DNA of 64,000 bases from Polyangia bacterium. GTDB lineage: Bacteria > Myxococcota_A > Polyangia > Fen-1088. Under the pieces are notes generated by a model. The model was not told the origin of the DNA. It worked only from the letters and a program-made list of their open reading frames with translations, and did not search any database. Made by a program: the position numbers and the translations under genes. This document shows positions 41,576-51,701 of this stretch, in pieces; positions within the stretch are counted from its first letter, which is position 1, and every line of letters starts with the position of its first letter. Location: the NCBI GenBank assembly GCA_035548155.1, contig DASZUD010000022.1, forward strand, positions 23,399-87,398, read 5' to 3'.

Positions 41576-42023
41576 CGTGCCCGCCCCCCTGTGAGACGCT
41601 AACGATGTTTAAGGTGTGTTCGGCCTAGGGCAAGGGCCCGCCGTCAAGGTTGATCGCCAAATCGTTTCATTGACGCGTGACCGGGACGCCGTCGAACGCG
41701 AACGGCACGCCCGAGCGATCGAGCGCCGGTTCGTCGGGCGCGATTGCGAGAGGCGCTCGCGCCCGCCTGCTGGATCGCGTCTTGCTTCAGCGAGCCCCCG
41801 ATGAATCGCCGTTCCACCCCTGATTCGACGCGGACGGGCCTATTGCGCCCGCGCGATCACTGCACGTTCACGTGGACCCAAGCCGAAGACGCCGAAATTC
41901 GCACCGTGGAGGTACGCCCCGATCACTGCCTGCAGTGCATCGCCGAGCTGCGGCGACGCGGGCACCGCCTGATCTCGAGCGACGGCAACGAGCTGCCCTA
42001 GCCGCGCGGGCGTCCCAATTTCG

Positions 42024-42053
42024 AACAACTTGCGCGGAGCTGTGCAAATTGTT
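42024..42053. repeat. Imperfect 12-bp-arm inverted repeat AACAACTTGCGC-ggagct-GTGCAAATTGTT
   Basis: Seen directly. The arms match at 10 of 12 positions. It lies 14 bp 3' of the histidine-kinase stop, in a region of locally lower GC. Confidence 0.5.
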
Positions 42054-42066
42054 TACGGCCGGCGCG

Positions 42067-43629
42067 TCAGCGGACCAGCGGGAGCTGAACCTCGAACACG
42101 GCGCCCGAGCCCTCGCCGTGACGGCGGTTGGCGCCCACGATCTTGCCGCCGTGCTCGAGGACGATGTTCTGGCTGACGGCCAGGCCCAGGCCGTGCCCGT
42201 CCCGCTTCGTCGTGAAGAACGGCTTGAAGAGATCCGACAGCGCGCGCTCGGGGATGCCGGGCCCGCGATCGGCGACGCGGATCGCGACCTCGTCGCGCCC
42301 GAGCACGACCGCCCGCTGGGCGCTGATTTCGATGCGGCCGCCCGCGGGCGCCATGGCCTGCGCGGCGTTCGTCAGCAGGTTGACCAGCACCTGCGTCATC
42401 AGCGTGGGATCGACCTCGATGGGCGGCAGCGAGGGGTCGCACCGCCGCTCGATCGACGCCTTGAGGTCGCGCAGCGCGGGCGCCGACGCGCCCACGGCCG
42501 AATCGATGATGTCGTCGATCGATACGACCTCGATGCGCGGCGACAGCGGCCGCGCGAAGGTCATGAGGCGACGCAGCAGCCCTTCGACGCGCGTGATCTC
42601 GCGGTTGATCGCCTCGCAGGTCTGCATCGTCTCCGCGCCGGTCGACGCGCCCTGGCGCGCCAGCAGCTGCACGGCCGCCTTCATGCCGGCCATCGGGTTC
42701 AACACCTCGTGCGCCAGCTTGGCCGACAGCTCGCCGATGGCTGACAGCTTCTCGCTCTGCACGAGGCGCCGCCGGTGCTCGGCCAGCGCGGAGTCGGTCT
42801 CCTCGAGCTTCTCGACGAGCGCCGCCACCTGCTCGCCGATCGCGTCCAGGCCCGCGCGCCCGGGCGCGATCTTGATGCGCGTGCGCTCGGCCGCCGACTC
42901 CACGCGGACGCCCAGCTCGTAGATGGGCTTCGTCACCTTGCGCGCCCACAGGAAGCCGGCCAGCAAGCTGGCGATCGCGCCGGCGATGGCGGTGCCGACG
43001 AAGACGAGGCCGAGGCGCTCGACCTTCTGGCGCGACTCGGCCAGCGAGCGCTCGGCGTCGGCGCGCATGATGCCGCCGAACTCGCGGAACAGGCCCCAGA
43101 GCGTGCGCGTCCGCCCGGTGTTGCTGCGCAGCACCGCCTTGGCGTCCTCGATCTGCCCCTTCTGATAGAGCTCCACGGCGCGCCGGCGGACGGCGTCGTA
43201 CTGGCGGTAGACGCCCTGGATCTCGCCGAGCAGCTGCGCCGACTCGACGCCGCCCGCGCGTTGCGTGCGCGCGAGCCAGTCCTCGAACGCGGGCCGGCTG
43301 CTGTCGAGCTCGGCGAGCCGCGTCGGATCGCCGGTGAGCAAGTACTCCGCGACGAGCCCCTTTTGGTACTGGAAGGCGCTCATGGCCGCGGTGTCGTCGA
43401 TCAACGCGAGCTGACGCGTGACCGCCGCGTTGCCGTCGGCGGCTGCGTGGCGGAGGGAATAGAGCCCGACGGCGCACACGATGCCCACGGCCAACGCCGT
43501 GCCGAGAGAGGCCAGCGCCAGCCTGACGGAGAGCTCATCGGGACGCCCGCTTCGAATCGACGGCATCGACGCCAGCATACCCAACACACCCGCGATCGGC
43601 GCGAGCGCGTTGGCCGGGCGCGGCGTCAA
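42067..43629 (-). CDS. Sensor histidine kinase
   Basis: Two transmembrane segments, a HAMP-like region, an H-box (LAHEVLNPM) and a HATPase domain (GHGLGLAVS). Confidence 0.85.
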   Translation of the reverse strand: MTPRPANALAPIAGVLGMLASMPSIRSGRPDELSVRLALASLGTALAVGIVCAVGLYSLRHAAADGNAAVTRQLALIDDTAAMSAFQYQKGLVAEYLLTGDPTRLAELDSSRPAFEDWLARTQRAGGVESAQLLGEIQGVYRQYDAVRRRAVELYQKGQIEDAKAVLRSNTGRTRTLWGLFREFGGIMRADAERSLAESRQKVERLGLVFVGTAIAGAIASLLAGFLWARKVTKPIYELGVRVESAAERTRIKIAPGRAGLDAIGEQVAALVEKLEETDSALAEHRRRLVQSEKLSAIGELSAKLAHEVLNPMAGMKAAVQLLARQGASTGAETMQTCEAINREITRVEGLLRRLMTFARPLSPRIEVVSIDDIIDSAVGASAPALRDLKASIERRCDPSLPPIEVDPTLMTQVLVNLLTNAAQAMAPAGGRIEISAQRAVVLGRDEVAIRVADRGPGIPERALSDLFKPFFTTKRDGHGLGLAVSQNIVLEHGGKIVGANRRHGEGSGAVFEVQLPLVR

Positions 43630-43754
43630 AGGATCTGACCGCGCCCGGGAGGGCCGGGCAAAAAGTTACCGTCCGCGAGGCCGCCATTCGCGCCCGGGCC
43701 CGCGCCCGCGCGGCGAGGTGCGCGGCACGCGCCTTGCCTCTGAGGAAGGAGCCG

Positions 43755-44030
43755 ATGCGTGTGTTGGAGGCGCGGTTCCACGCGAACCGAGGCGGAGGCG
43801 GCGACTTCGTCGTCGTCGCTCACGTCGTGTGGGAGCGGGACGTCGACCGCGAGCCGCCCAGCGTCCGGCCGGCCGCGGCGTTCGAGGGCGCGGGGCAGCG
43901 CGCGCCGATGCTCGCGAAGCTGCGCTTCCTCGTCGATCGGTCGGCGCCCGACGCCTTCGAGCGCCTGCAGGCCCTCAAGAGCCAGCACTGGTCGTTCGTC
44001 GAGGTCGCCTCGGCGCTCGCGGGGACCTGA
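43755..44030 (+). CDS. Small hypothetical protein
   Basis: A GAGGAAGGAG ribosome-binding site sits 3 nt before the ATG. 91 aa. Confidence 0.35.
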   Translation: MRVLEARFHANRGGGGDFVVVAHVVWERDVDREPPSVRPAAAFEGAGQRAPMLAKLRFLVDRSAPDAFERLQALKSQHWSFVEVASALAGT

Positions 44031-44084
44031 GCCCAGGCTGGCCCTACGGCCAGCGGGCTTGCGGCGCGCGCCCGCCGTCACCAG

Positions 44085-44516
44085 ATGATCCGGCGAGACC
44101 CGGGCATGCGGCGCTTGGAGCGGGTGCTGATCGGCGCGCTCATCGGGATGATGGGCCTGGTGCTCGTCGTTTCGGTGGCCGACCTCGCCTGGCTCATCAT
44201 CAAGGACCTGTTGTCCCCGCCGCTGGTCCTCCTGGGCGTCGACGAGCTGGTCGACGTCTTCGGGCTGTTCCTGCTGGTGCTCATCGGACTCGAGCTCTTC
44301 GAGACGCTGCGCGTGCACAGCCATTCGGCGGAGCGGCGCGCCGAGGTGATCCTCCTGGTCGCGATCATCGCGCTCGCCCGCAAGGTGATCACGCTCGAGC
44401 TCAAGGCCGTGTCCGGCGCGGCGCTGCTGGGGCTCGCCGGCCTCGAGGTGGCGCTGGCGATCGCGTTCATGATCGTGCGCCGCGCCCGCCGCAACGCGCC
44501 GCCGGAGGACGAGTGA
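44085..44516 (+). CDS. PsiE-like small membrane protein
   Basis: 143 aa with four hydrophobic helices, similar to the phosphate-starvation-inducible E family. Confidence 0.45.
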   Translation: MIRRDPGMRRLERVLIGALIGMMGLVLVVSVADLAWLIIKDLLSPPLVLLGVDELVDVFGLFLLVLIGLELFETLRVHSHSAERRAEVILLVAIIALARKVITLELKAVSGAALLGLAGLEVALAIAFMIVRRARRNAPPEDE

Positions 44517-47254
44517 CGGAGCCGCTGTGGGCCGTCGACGTCCCGCGCGCGCTCGAGCTCGCGGCCAGCCGCGCGTCCGGCCTCTCCGCCGCCGAGGCCG
44601 ACCAGCGGCGCGCCCGGCACGGTCCCAACCGCCTGCCCGAGGCCCCGCCCCGCTCCCGCTGGGCCCTCGCCTTCGCGCAGCTCCGCGGCGGCCTCAACCT
44701 CGTGCTGGTCGCGGCGGCCGTCCTCGCGGCCATCGTGAGCGACGTCGGCGACGCCGTCCTCATCGGCGCCGTCGTCTTCCTCAACTCGGCGCTCGGCTTC
44801 TACCAGGAGCACCGCGCCGAGCAGTCGCTGCGCGCGCTGCGCGCCCTCTCGGCGCCGCGCGCGCGGGTCCGCCGCTGCGACGCGGCCGGGGACGTCGTGC
44901 AGGCCGCCGAGCTCCTCGTGCCGGGCGACGTCGTCCTCGTCGAGGCCGGCGATCGCGTGCCCGCCGACGGGCGGCTCCTCGAGGCCCACGCGCTGGAGAT
45001 CGACGAATCGGCGCTGACGGGCGAGTCGCTGCCGGTCGACAAGCACGCGCGCGGCACGGTCGCTGCCGCGGCGCCCGTCGCGCAGCGCTCGAATTTCTTG
45101 TTCATGAACACCGTCGTCACGCGCGGCCGCGGCGCGCTGCTGGTGGCGGCGACGGGCGCACACACGGAGATGGGCCACGTCGCGGACATGCTGCGCGACA
45201 CGGCGCCGCCCGCGACGCCGCTCCAGCGCCAGCTGGATCAGCTCGGGAAGCACCTGGCCGTCATCGCGGCGATCGCCGTCGTCGTCGTCACGGGCGTCGA
45301 CATGCTGCGCGGGCAGACGCTGGCCGAGAACGTCCTCGAGGCGATCACGCTGTTCGTCGCCGCCATCCCCGAGGGCCTGCCCGCGGTGGTGACCGTCACG
45401 CTGGCGCTGGGCGTGCAACGCATGGCGCGGCAGCGCGCCATCGTCAAGCGGCTGGGCGCCGTCGAGACGCTGGGCTGCACCACGGTGATCTGCACCGACA
45501 AGACGGGCACGCTCACCGTCAACCAGATGACGGCGCGCGCGTTCACGGCGGGCGGTCGCAGCTACGCCGTCTCGGGCGAGGGCTACGGGCGGGCCGGATC
45601 GATCGCACGGGACGACGACGATGGCGGCGCGCCCACGAAGGCCGAGCTCGAGCCGCTCGCGCTCGCGTGCGCGCTGTGCAACGACGCCAGCCTACGGGGC
45701 GGCCGGGCCGTGGGCGATCCCACGGAGCTGGCCTTGCTGGTGCTGGCGCGCAAGACAGGGCTCGACCTCGAGGCGGCGCGCGGGCGCTTCCCGCGCCTTG
45801 CCGAGATCCCCTTCGAGTCGGAGCGGCGCTTCATGGCCACCGTCCACGGCGACGGCGATCGCGCGCGCGTCGTCGTGAAGGGCGCGCCCGACGTCGTGCT
45901 CGGGCGGTGCGCCGCCGTCCAACTGGGCGAAGGCGAAGGCGACGAGCCGCTCTCGGACGCCTCGCGCGCCGCGCTCGCACGCCGCGGGGAGGAGATGGCC
46001 GCGCGCGGGCTCCGCGTGCTGGCGCTCGCCGCCCGCAGGGTGCCCGAGCGCGCGCTCCACGCCTCGGAGGATCTCGAGGCGCGCGCGCACGACCTCACGC
46101 TGGTCGGCCTCGTGGGGCTGGTGGATCCGCCGCGCGCCGCCGCGCGAGACGCGATCGCCCACTGCCGGACGGCCGGCATCACGGTGAAGATGATCACGGG
46201 CGACCACCGCGCGACCGCGCGCGCGATCGCCGCCGATCTCGGCCTGGCCGGCGCGGCCGTCGACGGCGCCGCGCTGGACGCCATGAGCGACGCCGAGCTC
46301 GCCGCGCGCGTCGAGACGATCGCCGTGTTCGCGCGCGTCACGCCCGAGCACAAGCTGCGCCTCGTGCGCGCCCTGCGCGCGCGCGGCCACGTCGTGGCCA
46401 TGACGGGGGACGGCGTCAACGACGCGCCCGCGCTCAAGAGCGCCGACATCGGCGTGGCGATGGGGTCGGGCACCGAGGTGGCCAAGGAGGCCGCCACCAT
46501 GGTCCTCACCGACGACGACTTCGCGACGATCGTGGGCGCCGTCCGCGAGGGGCGGACGATCTACGACAACATCCTCAAGTTCGTGCGCTTCCAGATCTCG
46601 ACGAACATGGGCGCGATCCTCACCGTGTTCACGGCGCCCCTCCTGGGCCTGCCCCCGCCGCTCAAGCCCGTGCACGTCCTGTTCGTCGCGATGTTCGCCG
46701 ACGGGCCGCCCGCGATCACGCTGGGCCTCGAGCCGCCGCGCCCGTCCATCATGCGGTGCCCGCCGCGCGACCCGCGCGCGCGCATGCTGACGGCGCCGCG
46801 CCTGGGCGTGCTCGTCTTCCACGGCGCGGTCATGGCGGCGGGCACGCTGGCGCTGCTCGGCTGGAAGGGCGTCGGCGCGGATCACGCCGCGACGCTGGCG
46901 TTCACGACCTTCGTGCTCTTCCAGCTGTTCAACCTGCTGAACGTGCGCACGGAGCCGCGCTCGGTCTTCAGCCGGCAGACGTTCACGAACGCGCGCCTGT
47001 GGCTGGCGCTGGCCGTCGTCGCGGGGCTGCAGGTCGCGATCGTGACGTGGGGCCCGCTGCGGCGGCTCTTCGACACGGTGCCGCTGTCCGCGAGCGAATG
47101 GGGATTGGCGGCGGCGTTCGCCTCCTCGCTGGTGGCCGTCGAAGAGCTGCGGAAGCTGGGCGCGCGCGCCCTCGCGCGGCGGCGCGCGTCGACGGGGCAC
47201 GCGACGCGGCACCCGCCTGAGCTCACCCGTGACACGGCGTCACCGGCGCGCTAG
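44513..47254 (+). CDS. P-type cation-transporting ATPase (type II, Ca2+/Mg2+-like)
   Basis: Has DKTGTLT, TGES and MTGDGVNDAPAL motifs. The GTG start overlaps the PsiE-like TGA. Confidence 0.85.
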   Translation: MTEPLWAVDVPRALELAASRASGLSAAEADQRRARHGPNRLPEAPPRSRWALAFAQLRGGLNLVLVAAAVLAAIVSDVGDAVLIGAVVFLNSALGFYQEHRAEQSLRALRALSAPRARVRRCDAAGDVVQAAELLVPGDVVLVEAGDRVPADGRLLEAHALEIDESALTGESLPVDKHARGTVAAAAPVAQRSNFLFMNTVVTRGRGALLVAATGAHTEMGHVADMLRDTAPPATPLQRQLDQLGKHLAVIAAIAVVVVTGVDMLRGQTLAENVLEAITLFVAAIPEGLPAVVTVTLALGVQRMARQRAIVKRLGAVETLGCTTVICTDKTGTLTVNQMTARAFTAGGRSYAVSGEGYGRAGSIARDDDDGGAPTKAELEPLALACALCNDASLRGGRAVGDPTELALLVLARKTGLDLEAARGRFPRLAEIPFESERRFMATVHGDGDRARVVVKGAPDVVLGRCAAVQLGEGEGDEPLSDASRAALARRGEEMAARGLRVLALAARRVPERALHASEDLEARAHDLTLVGLVGLVDPPRAAARDAIAHCRTAGITVKMITGDHRATARAIAADLGLAGAAVDGAALDAMSDAELAARVETIAVFARVTPEHKLRLVRALRARGHVVAMTGDGVNDAPALKSADIGVAMGSGTEVAKEAATMVLTDDDFATIVGAVREGRTIYDNILKFVRFQISTNMGAILTVFTAPLLGLPPPLKPVHVLFVAMFADGPPAITLGLEPPRPSIMRCPPRDPRARMLTAPRLGVLVFHGAVMAAGTLALLGWKGVGADHAATLAFTTFVLFQLFNLLNVRTEPRSVFSRQTFTNARLWLALAVVAGLQVAIVTWGPLRRLFDTVPLSASEWGLAAAFASSLVAVEELRKLGARALARRRASTGHATRHPPELTRDTASPAR

Positions 47255-47277
47255 ATGAGCGCACGACGGAGGGGACC

Positions 47278-47913
47278 ATGAGGATCGGCGTCATCGGAGC
47301 GGGCATGATCGGCGGGACGGTGGGGCGGCTCCTGCACGCGGCGGGGCACGAGGTGCGGTTCGGGACGCGGCACCCCGACGCGCTCGAGAGGCTGGTGGCC
47401 GAGCTGGGGGCGCGCGCGAGCGCGGGCACGCCGCGCGAGGCGGTCACGGGCGGCGACGCCGTGCTGCTCGCCGTGCCGCTCCACGCCGTGCCCGCCGTCG
47501 CGCGCGAGATCGGCGAAGCCGCCGCGGGGCAGGTCGTCCTCGACGCGTGCAACGCCTACCCGAGCCGCGACGGCGAGGCAGCCCACACGGCGACGAAGCA
47601 CGCCGCTGGTTCGAGCGGCTGGGTCGCCTCTCACCTGCCGGGCTCGAAGATCGTGAAGGCCTTCAACACCGTCTACTTCAAGGTGCTGGCCTCCGAATCG
47701 AGGCGCGGGGCGGCCGACGGCGTCGGTATTCCGCTGGCCGGGGACGACGACGGCGCGCTCGCAACGGCGCGGCGCCTCGTCGAGGACGCCGGGTTCTCGC
47801 CCGTCGTCGTCGGGCCGCTGGCGACGGGCAAGCTCTTCGAGCCCGGCACGCCCGTCTACAACACGGGCCTGCACGCGTCCGACGTCGCGCGCGCGCTGGG
47901 GGTCGCGCGATGA
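47278..47913 (+). CDS. NADP-dependent oxidoreductase (F420-reductase/Npd-like Rossmann protein)
   Basis: Begins MRIGVIGAGMIGGTVG (a GxGxxG Rossmann motif). Confidence 0.65.
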   Translation: MRIGVIGAGMIGGTVGRLLHAAGHEVRFGTRHPDALERLVAELGARASAGTPREAVTGGDAVLLAVPLHAVPAVAREIGEAAAGQVVLDACNAYPSRDGEAAHTATKHAAGSSGWVASHLPGSKIVKAFNTVYFKVLASESRRGAADGVGIPLAGDDDGALATARRLVEDAGFSPVVVGPLATGKLFEPGTPVYNTGLHASDVARALGVAR

Positions 47914-47973
47914 CGGCCCTCGCCTCGCCGCGACCGGCTGGGATCCGGCCCTAGCGAGGGGTGGCCGCGGACC

Positions 47974-48768
47974 TCACAGCATCGCGCGCACGACGCCGCC
48001 GTCGACGCGAAGCGCGGCGCCGTTGGTCGCCGACGAGGCGGCGCTCGCGACGTACACGACGAGGTTCGCCACCTCATCCGGCTCGATGAAGCGCTTGAGC
48101 AGCGAAGACGGGCGCGCCGTCTCGAAGAAGTCGCGCTCGACGGCCGCCTCGTCGCGCTTCGTCTGCCGCGCGAGGCCGCTCACGAAGCCCGCGACGCCCT
48201 CCGAGCGCGTCGGCCCCGCCAGCACGGTGTTCACCGTGACGCGCGTCCCGACGGTGAGCTCGGCCAGGCCGCGCGCGACGGCAACCTGCGCCGATTTGGT
48301 CATGCCGTAGTGGATCATCTCGGCCGGGATCTGCACGGCCGACTCGCTCGACACGAAGATGATGCGGCCGTCGCCGCGCGCGAGCATGCGCGGCAAGTAC
48401 CGGCGCGCCAGGCGCACGCCGCTCATGACGTTCGTCTCGAACAGGCGCTGCCAGTCGTCGTCGCCGATCTCGGCGAACGGCCGCGCCTCGAAGATGCCCA
48501 GGTTGTTCACGAGGATGTCCAGCTCGGGCAGCTGCTCGAGCGCCGCGGCGACGCCCGACGCGCTGCCGAGATCGGCGGCGACGCCCGTGAGGCGCGCGCC
48601 GGGCTGCTCGGCGCCGATCTGCGCGATCGCCGCGTCGACGCGGGCGCGCGTTCGGCCGTTCAGGTAGACGACGGCGCCCTCGCGCGCGAGCGCCCGTGCG
48701 ATGGCGAGGCCTATGCCTGCCGTCGAGCCAGAGACGAAGGCACGCTTGCCGGCGATCCCGAGATCCAT
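47974..48768 (-). CDS. SDR-family oxidoreductase
   Basis: Has GSTAGIGLAIA and the YGMTK motif. Confidence 0.8.
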   Translation of the reverse strand: MDLGIAGKRAFVSGSTAGIGLAIARALAREGAVVYLNGRTRARVDAAIAQIGAEQPGARLTGVAADLGSASGVAAALEQLPELDILVNNLGIFEARPFAEIGDDDWQRLFETNVMSGVRLARRYLPRMLARGDGRIIFVSSESAVQIPAEMIHYGMTKSAQVAVARGLAELTVGTRVTVNTVLAGPTRSEGVAGFVSGLARQTKRDEAAVERDFFETARPSSLLKRFIEPDEVANLVVYVASAASSATNGAALRVDGGVVRAML

Positions 48769-48921
48769 GAGACGAGCATGGGGCGGAGAAGCGACCGGCG
48801 CAATCGCGACGGAAGCGTCCGGTCCTCGACGCCCCGACGCCGAGGCCCTCGGCCCTCATCCGCCGAACGGGCCGCGCGCGCCCGAGAGCGCCGCGGGCCG
48901 TCCGCACGGAGCGCCGCTCCG

Positions 48922-49623
48922 TCACTCCATGCGCGTCGGCGCTGCGGGATAGGCGCCGAGCGCGGGCCGGCCGCGCAGCACGATGCCGAGGTGCTGGTAC
49001 GCCTCGCGCCGCCCGGCGCGCACGTCGTAGTCGTGCCAGCGACGGAGGAGCGCGTCGCGCTCGAGGTACGCGTAGCCGGTGCGCACCGACGGATCCATGG
49101 CGTAGACGCGCGCGTCGTCGAGGCCGACGAGCACCACGTAGTGGCCGTCTTCCCAATCCGATTCCCAATCCGTCGCCGCATCGACCGGCCGCGCGGCCCA
49201 CGCCTGCACGGCGAGGATCACGACCGAGCCGCGCGCGAGCTGCGCGGCGAGGTCGTCGAGCGTGAGCCCCGTTCGGACCTCGGCCTCGACCCCGAACTTG
49301 CGCGCGACCGCCGCCAGGCTGGCCGGATCGATGCCTTGCTCGGGCGTCGCGCCGAGCTCCGCAGTGAGGCGCGCCTCGGCGTCGTCGTACACGCCGAAGT
49401 AGACGAGCGCCGCCATCAACGACGCCGGCCCGCACGTCCAGGACGTCGCCTGCGAGATGAGGGGCACGGGCAGGAGCCGCCGCGGCGGCTGTGCGGCCGC
49501 GCCGAGCCCCAGCGAGGCGGCCCCCAGCGCCATCGCCGCCGCGAATCCCAGCCCCAGCCCCAGCCCTGCCCGCACGCGCCTCACGCCGCGTAGAACGTGG
49601 GTCGCGCGCGGCGGCCTGACCAC
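48922..49623 (-). CDS. C39-like papain-fold cysteine peptidase-domain protein
   Basis: Signal peptide. QATSWTCGPASL supplies the Cys; His/Asp candidates lie downstream. Confidence 0.5.
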   Translation of the reverse strand: MVRPPRATHVLRGVRRVRAGLGLGLGFAAAMALGAASLGLGAAAQPPRRLLPVPLISQATSWTCGPASLMAALVYFGVYDDAEARLTAELGATPEQGIDPASLAAVARKFGVEAEVRTGLTLDDLAAQLARGSVVILAVQAWAARPVDAATDWESDWEDGHYVVLVGLDDARVYAMDPSVRTGYAYLERDALLRRWHDYDVRAGRREAYQHLGIVLRGRPALGAYPAAPTRME

Positions 49624-49648
49624 CGCACCGCGGCGCGCCGGCGCAGAA

Positions 49649-50152
49649 TCAGGAGTGGCCGTCGCGACAGGCGTTCGAGTGCGAGGCGCGTAGAAGAGCG
49701 GTCACCACCTCGAGCTCGACGTCGTCGCGCGGGCCGTAGACCATGACGATGTTCGTGCCCAGGCCGAACTGGCCGGCCAGCGGGTGGCGCTCGGCCCAGC
49801 CGTTCTCGACGACCTGGTCCACGATCCCGGGCGGCAGCGCCATGTGCAGGCTGCCGTCGCGAACAGGGTGCAAGTGCGCGAATTCGCGCTCGATCATGAA
49901 CCCGCTCGCGACCGGCTGGCGGCACGCCGGCAGGTGGAACGCCCGCGCGCCGGGCACCGACACCAGGCTCTTGCCGGGGACGACGTTCGGCAGCGATCGC
50001 GCGAAGGCGAACACGCGTTCTTGCAGCGCCGGCGGCGCGATCTGATCGAGCTGCGTGTGCGGGTTCGTCGGCGTCGTGCGTGGCCGGTTCCCCGGACGCC
50101 GATCTTCGAGGTGGTTGGCCATATGGCGCGGGCAAGATAACATCGCGCCCAT
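49649..50152 (-). CDS. Hypothetical protein
   Basis: 167-aa ORF. I am not confident of any family. Confidence 0.35.
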   Translation of the reverse strand: MGAMLSCPRHMANHLEDRRPGNRPRTTPTNPHTQLDQIAPPALQERVFAFARSLPNVVPGKSLVSVPGARAFHLPACRQPVASGFMIEREFAHLHPVRDGSLHMALPPGIVDQVVENGWAERHPLAGQFGLGTNIVMVYGPRDDVELEVVTALLRASHSNACRDGHS

Positions 50153-50198
50153 TCACGGGCGCAGGGCCAAAATCGCCCCCCACTGCGAGGACCCTCCT

Positions 50199-51677
50199 AT
50201 GAAGCTACAGTCGACGTCCGTCCTGATCGTGGCCGCGAGCGCGGCGCTCGCCCTTCATTGCACGTTCAACCCCGGACCACCCATGGGCAGCTCGATCACG
50301 CCTCCCAGCGGCTTCGCGGGCAACACGGGCGGCGGCGGCACCATCATGAGCGGCTTGGCCGGCTACTCGGGCGCGTGCACGGGCCTGCAGTGCCAGCAGT
50401 CGACGTGCACCGCGGGCAACTGCGCGGTGCCGGCGTGCCCGAACGGGGGGCGCACGACGGTGAGCGGCACGGTCTTCGATCCCGCCGGCAAGGTGCCGCT
50501 CTACGGCATCACGGTGTACGTGCCCAACAAGGAGCTCAAGCCGTTCACCGACGGCCCCAGCTGCGACCCGTGTGACAAGGCGACCGGCACGTCGCTGCTC
50601 TCGGGAGATCCCGTCACGTTCACGAAGAGCGACGTGAAGGGCAACTTCAAGCTGGGCGCGACGGGCGCCGACGTCCCCGCGGGCGACAACATCCCGCTCG
50701 TGATCCAGGTCGGCAAGTGGCAGCGCAAGGTGACGCTCGACCACGTGGTCGCCTGCCAGGACAACCCGATCACGAACGCGGACCTCACGCGCCTGCCGCG
50801 CAACCAGAGCGAGGGCCACATCCCCAGGATCGCGCTCACGACCGGAGAGAAGGACGCGATGGAGTGCCTGCTGCGCAAGATCGGCATCTCCGATGCGGAG
50901 TTCACGCCCGAGACGGGTACGGGCCGCGTGAACCTGTACGCGGGCGGCGGCGGCACGGCGGCCTACGCGACGACGCTGAACGCCGGCGCGCCGTTCACGC
51001 CGGTGAACCCGTGGTGGGACAGCCTCGACAATCTCAAGAAGTACGACATCGTGCTGCACTCTTGCGAGGGCGGACAGGGCTCGTACAACGGCAACAACCC
51101 GCCGAAGTCCACGAAGAGCCCGGCCGCGGTGAAGGCGCTGCAGGACTTCGCAGACGCCGGCGGCCGCGTGTTCGCTTCGCACTGGCACGCGTACTGGTTC
51201 GAGAAGGGCACGCCGGCGTTCCAGTCGATCGCGACGTTCAACCATCAGGGCGTTCTGCCGAACCCGTACACCGCGACCATCGATCAGAGCTTCGCGCAGG
51301 GCCAGGCGCTCGCGTCGTGGATGGTGAACGTGATGGGCTCGCCGCCGCCGGGCGGCACGGTTTCGCTGGCGCAGGACGCGAACCCGCTCCTCCTCCAGGC
51401 CGCCACGGGCGGCAACGTCTCGCAGCGTTGGATCTACGCGGCCGACAAGAACCCGCAGACCACCCAATACCTCAGCGCGACCACGCCCGTTCCGGGTGGC
51501 ACGTGCGGCCGCGTCGTGCTCTCCGACATCCACGTGAGCTCGGGCGGCGCGATGAGCGACATGCCGAACACGCCCTTCCCCATGGGCTGCATCACGACGG
51601 ACCTCACGCCGCAGGAGAAGGTGATCGAGTTCATGCTGTTCGACATCGCTTCCTGCGTGCAGCCGATCATCCCCTAG
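50199..51677 (+). CDS. Secreted two-domain protein: carboxypeptidase-regulatory-like N-domain plus a ThuA-like C-domain
   Basis: Signal peptide and a Cys-rich linker. TTVSGTVFDPAGKVPLYGITVYV resembles a CarbopepD_reg domain. YDIVLHSCEGG...AGGRVFASHWHAYW resembles the ThuA/GATase1-like fold. Confidence 0.45.
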   Translation: MKLQSTSVLIVAASAALALHCTFNPGPPMGSSITPPSGFAGNTGGGGTIMSGLAGYSGACTGLQCQQSTCTAGNCAVPACPNGGRTTVSGTVFDPAGKVPLYGITVYVPNKELKPFTDGPSCDPCDKATGTSLLSGDPVTFTKSDVKGNFKLGATGADVPAGDNIPLVIQVGKWQRKVTLDHVVACQDNPITNADLTRLPRNQSEGHIPRIALTTGEKDAMECLLRKIGISDAEFTPETGTGRVNLYAGGGGTAAYATTLNAGAPFTPVNPWWDSLDNLKKYDIVLHSCEGGQGSYNGNNPPKSTKSPAAVKALQDFADAGGRVFASHWHAYWFEKGTPAFQSIATFNHQGVLPNPYTATIDQSFAQGQALASWMVNVMGSPPPGGTVSLAQDANPLLLQAATGGNVSQRWIYAADKNPQTTQYLSATTPVPGGTCGRVVLSDIHVSSGGAMSDMPNTPFPMGCITTDLTPQEKVIEFMLFDIASCVQPIIP

Positions 51678-51701
51678 TCCCGCAGCCGGCGCCGGGACCG
51701 T

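Noticed and set aside
41744-42001. 85-aa ORF in the spacer between the histidine kinase and the response regulator.
   Set aside because: No ribosome-binding site, no recognisable family, and it lies in a probable promoter/operator region. I kept it as non-coding.
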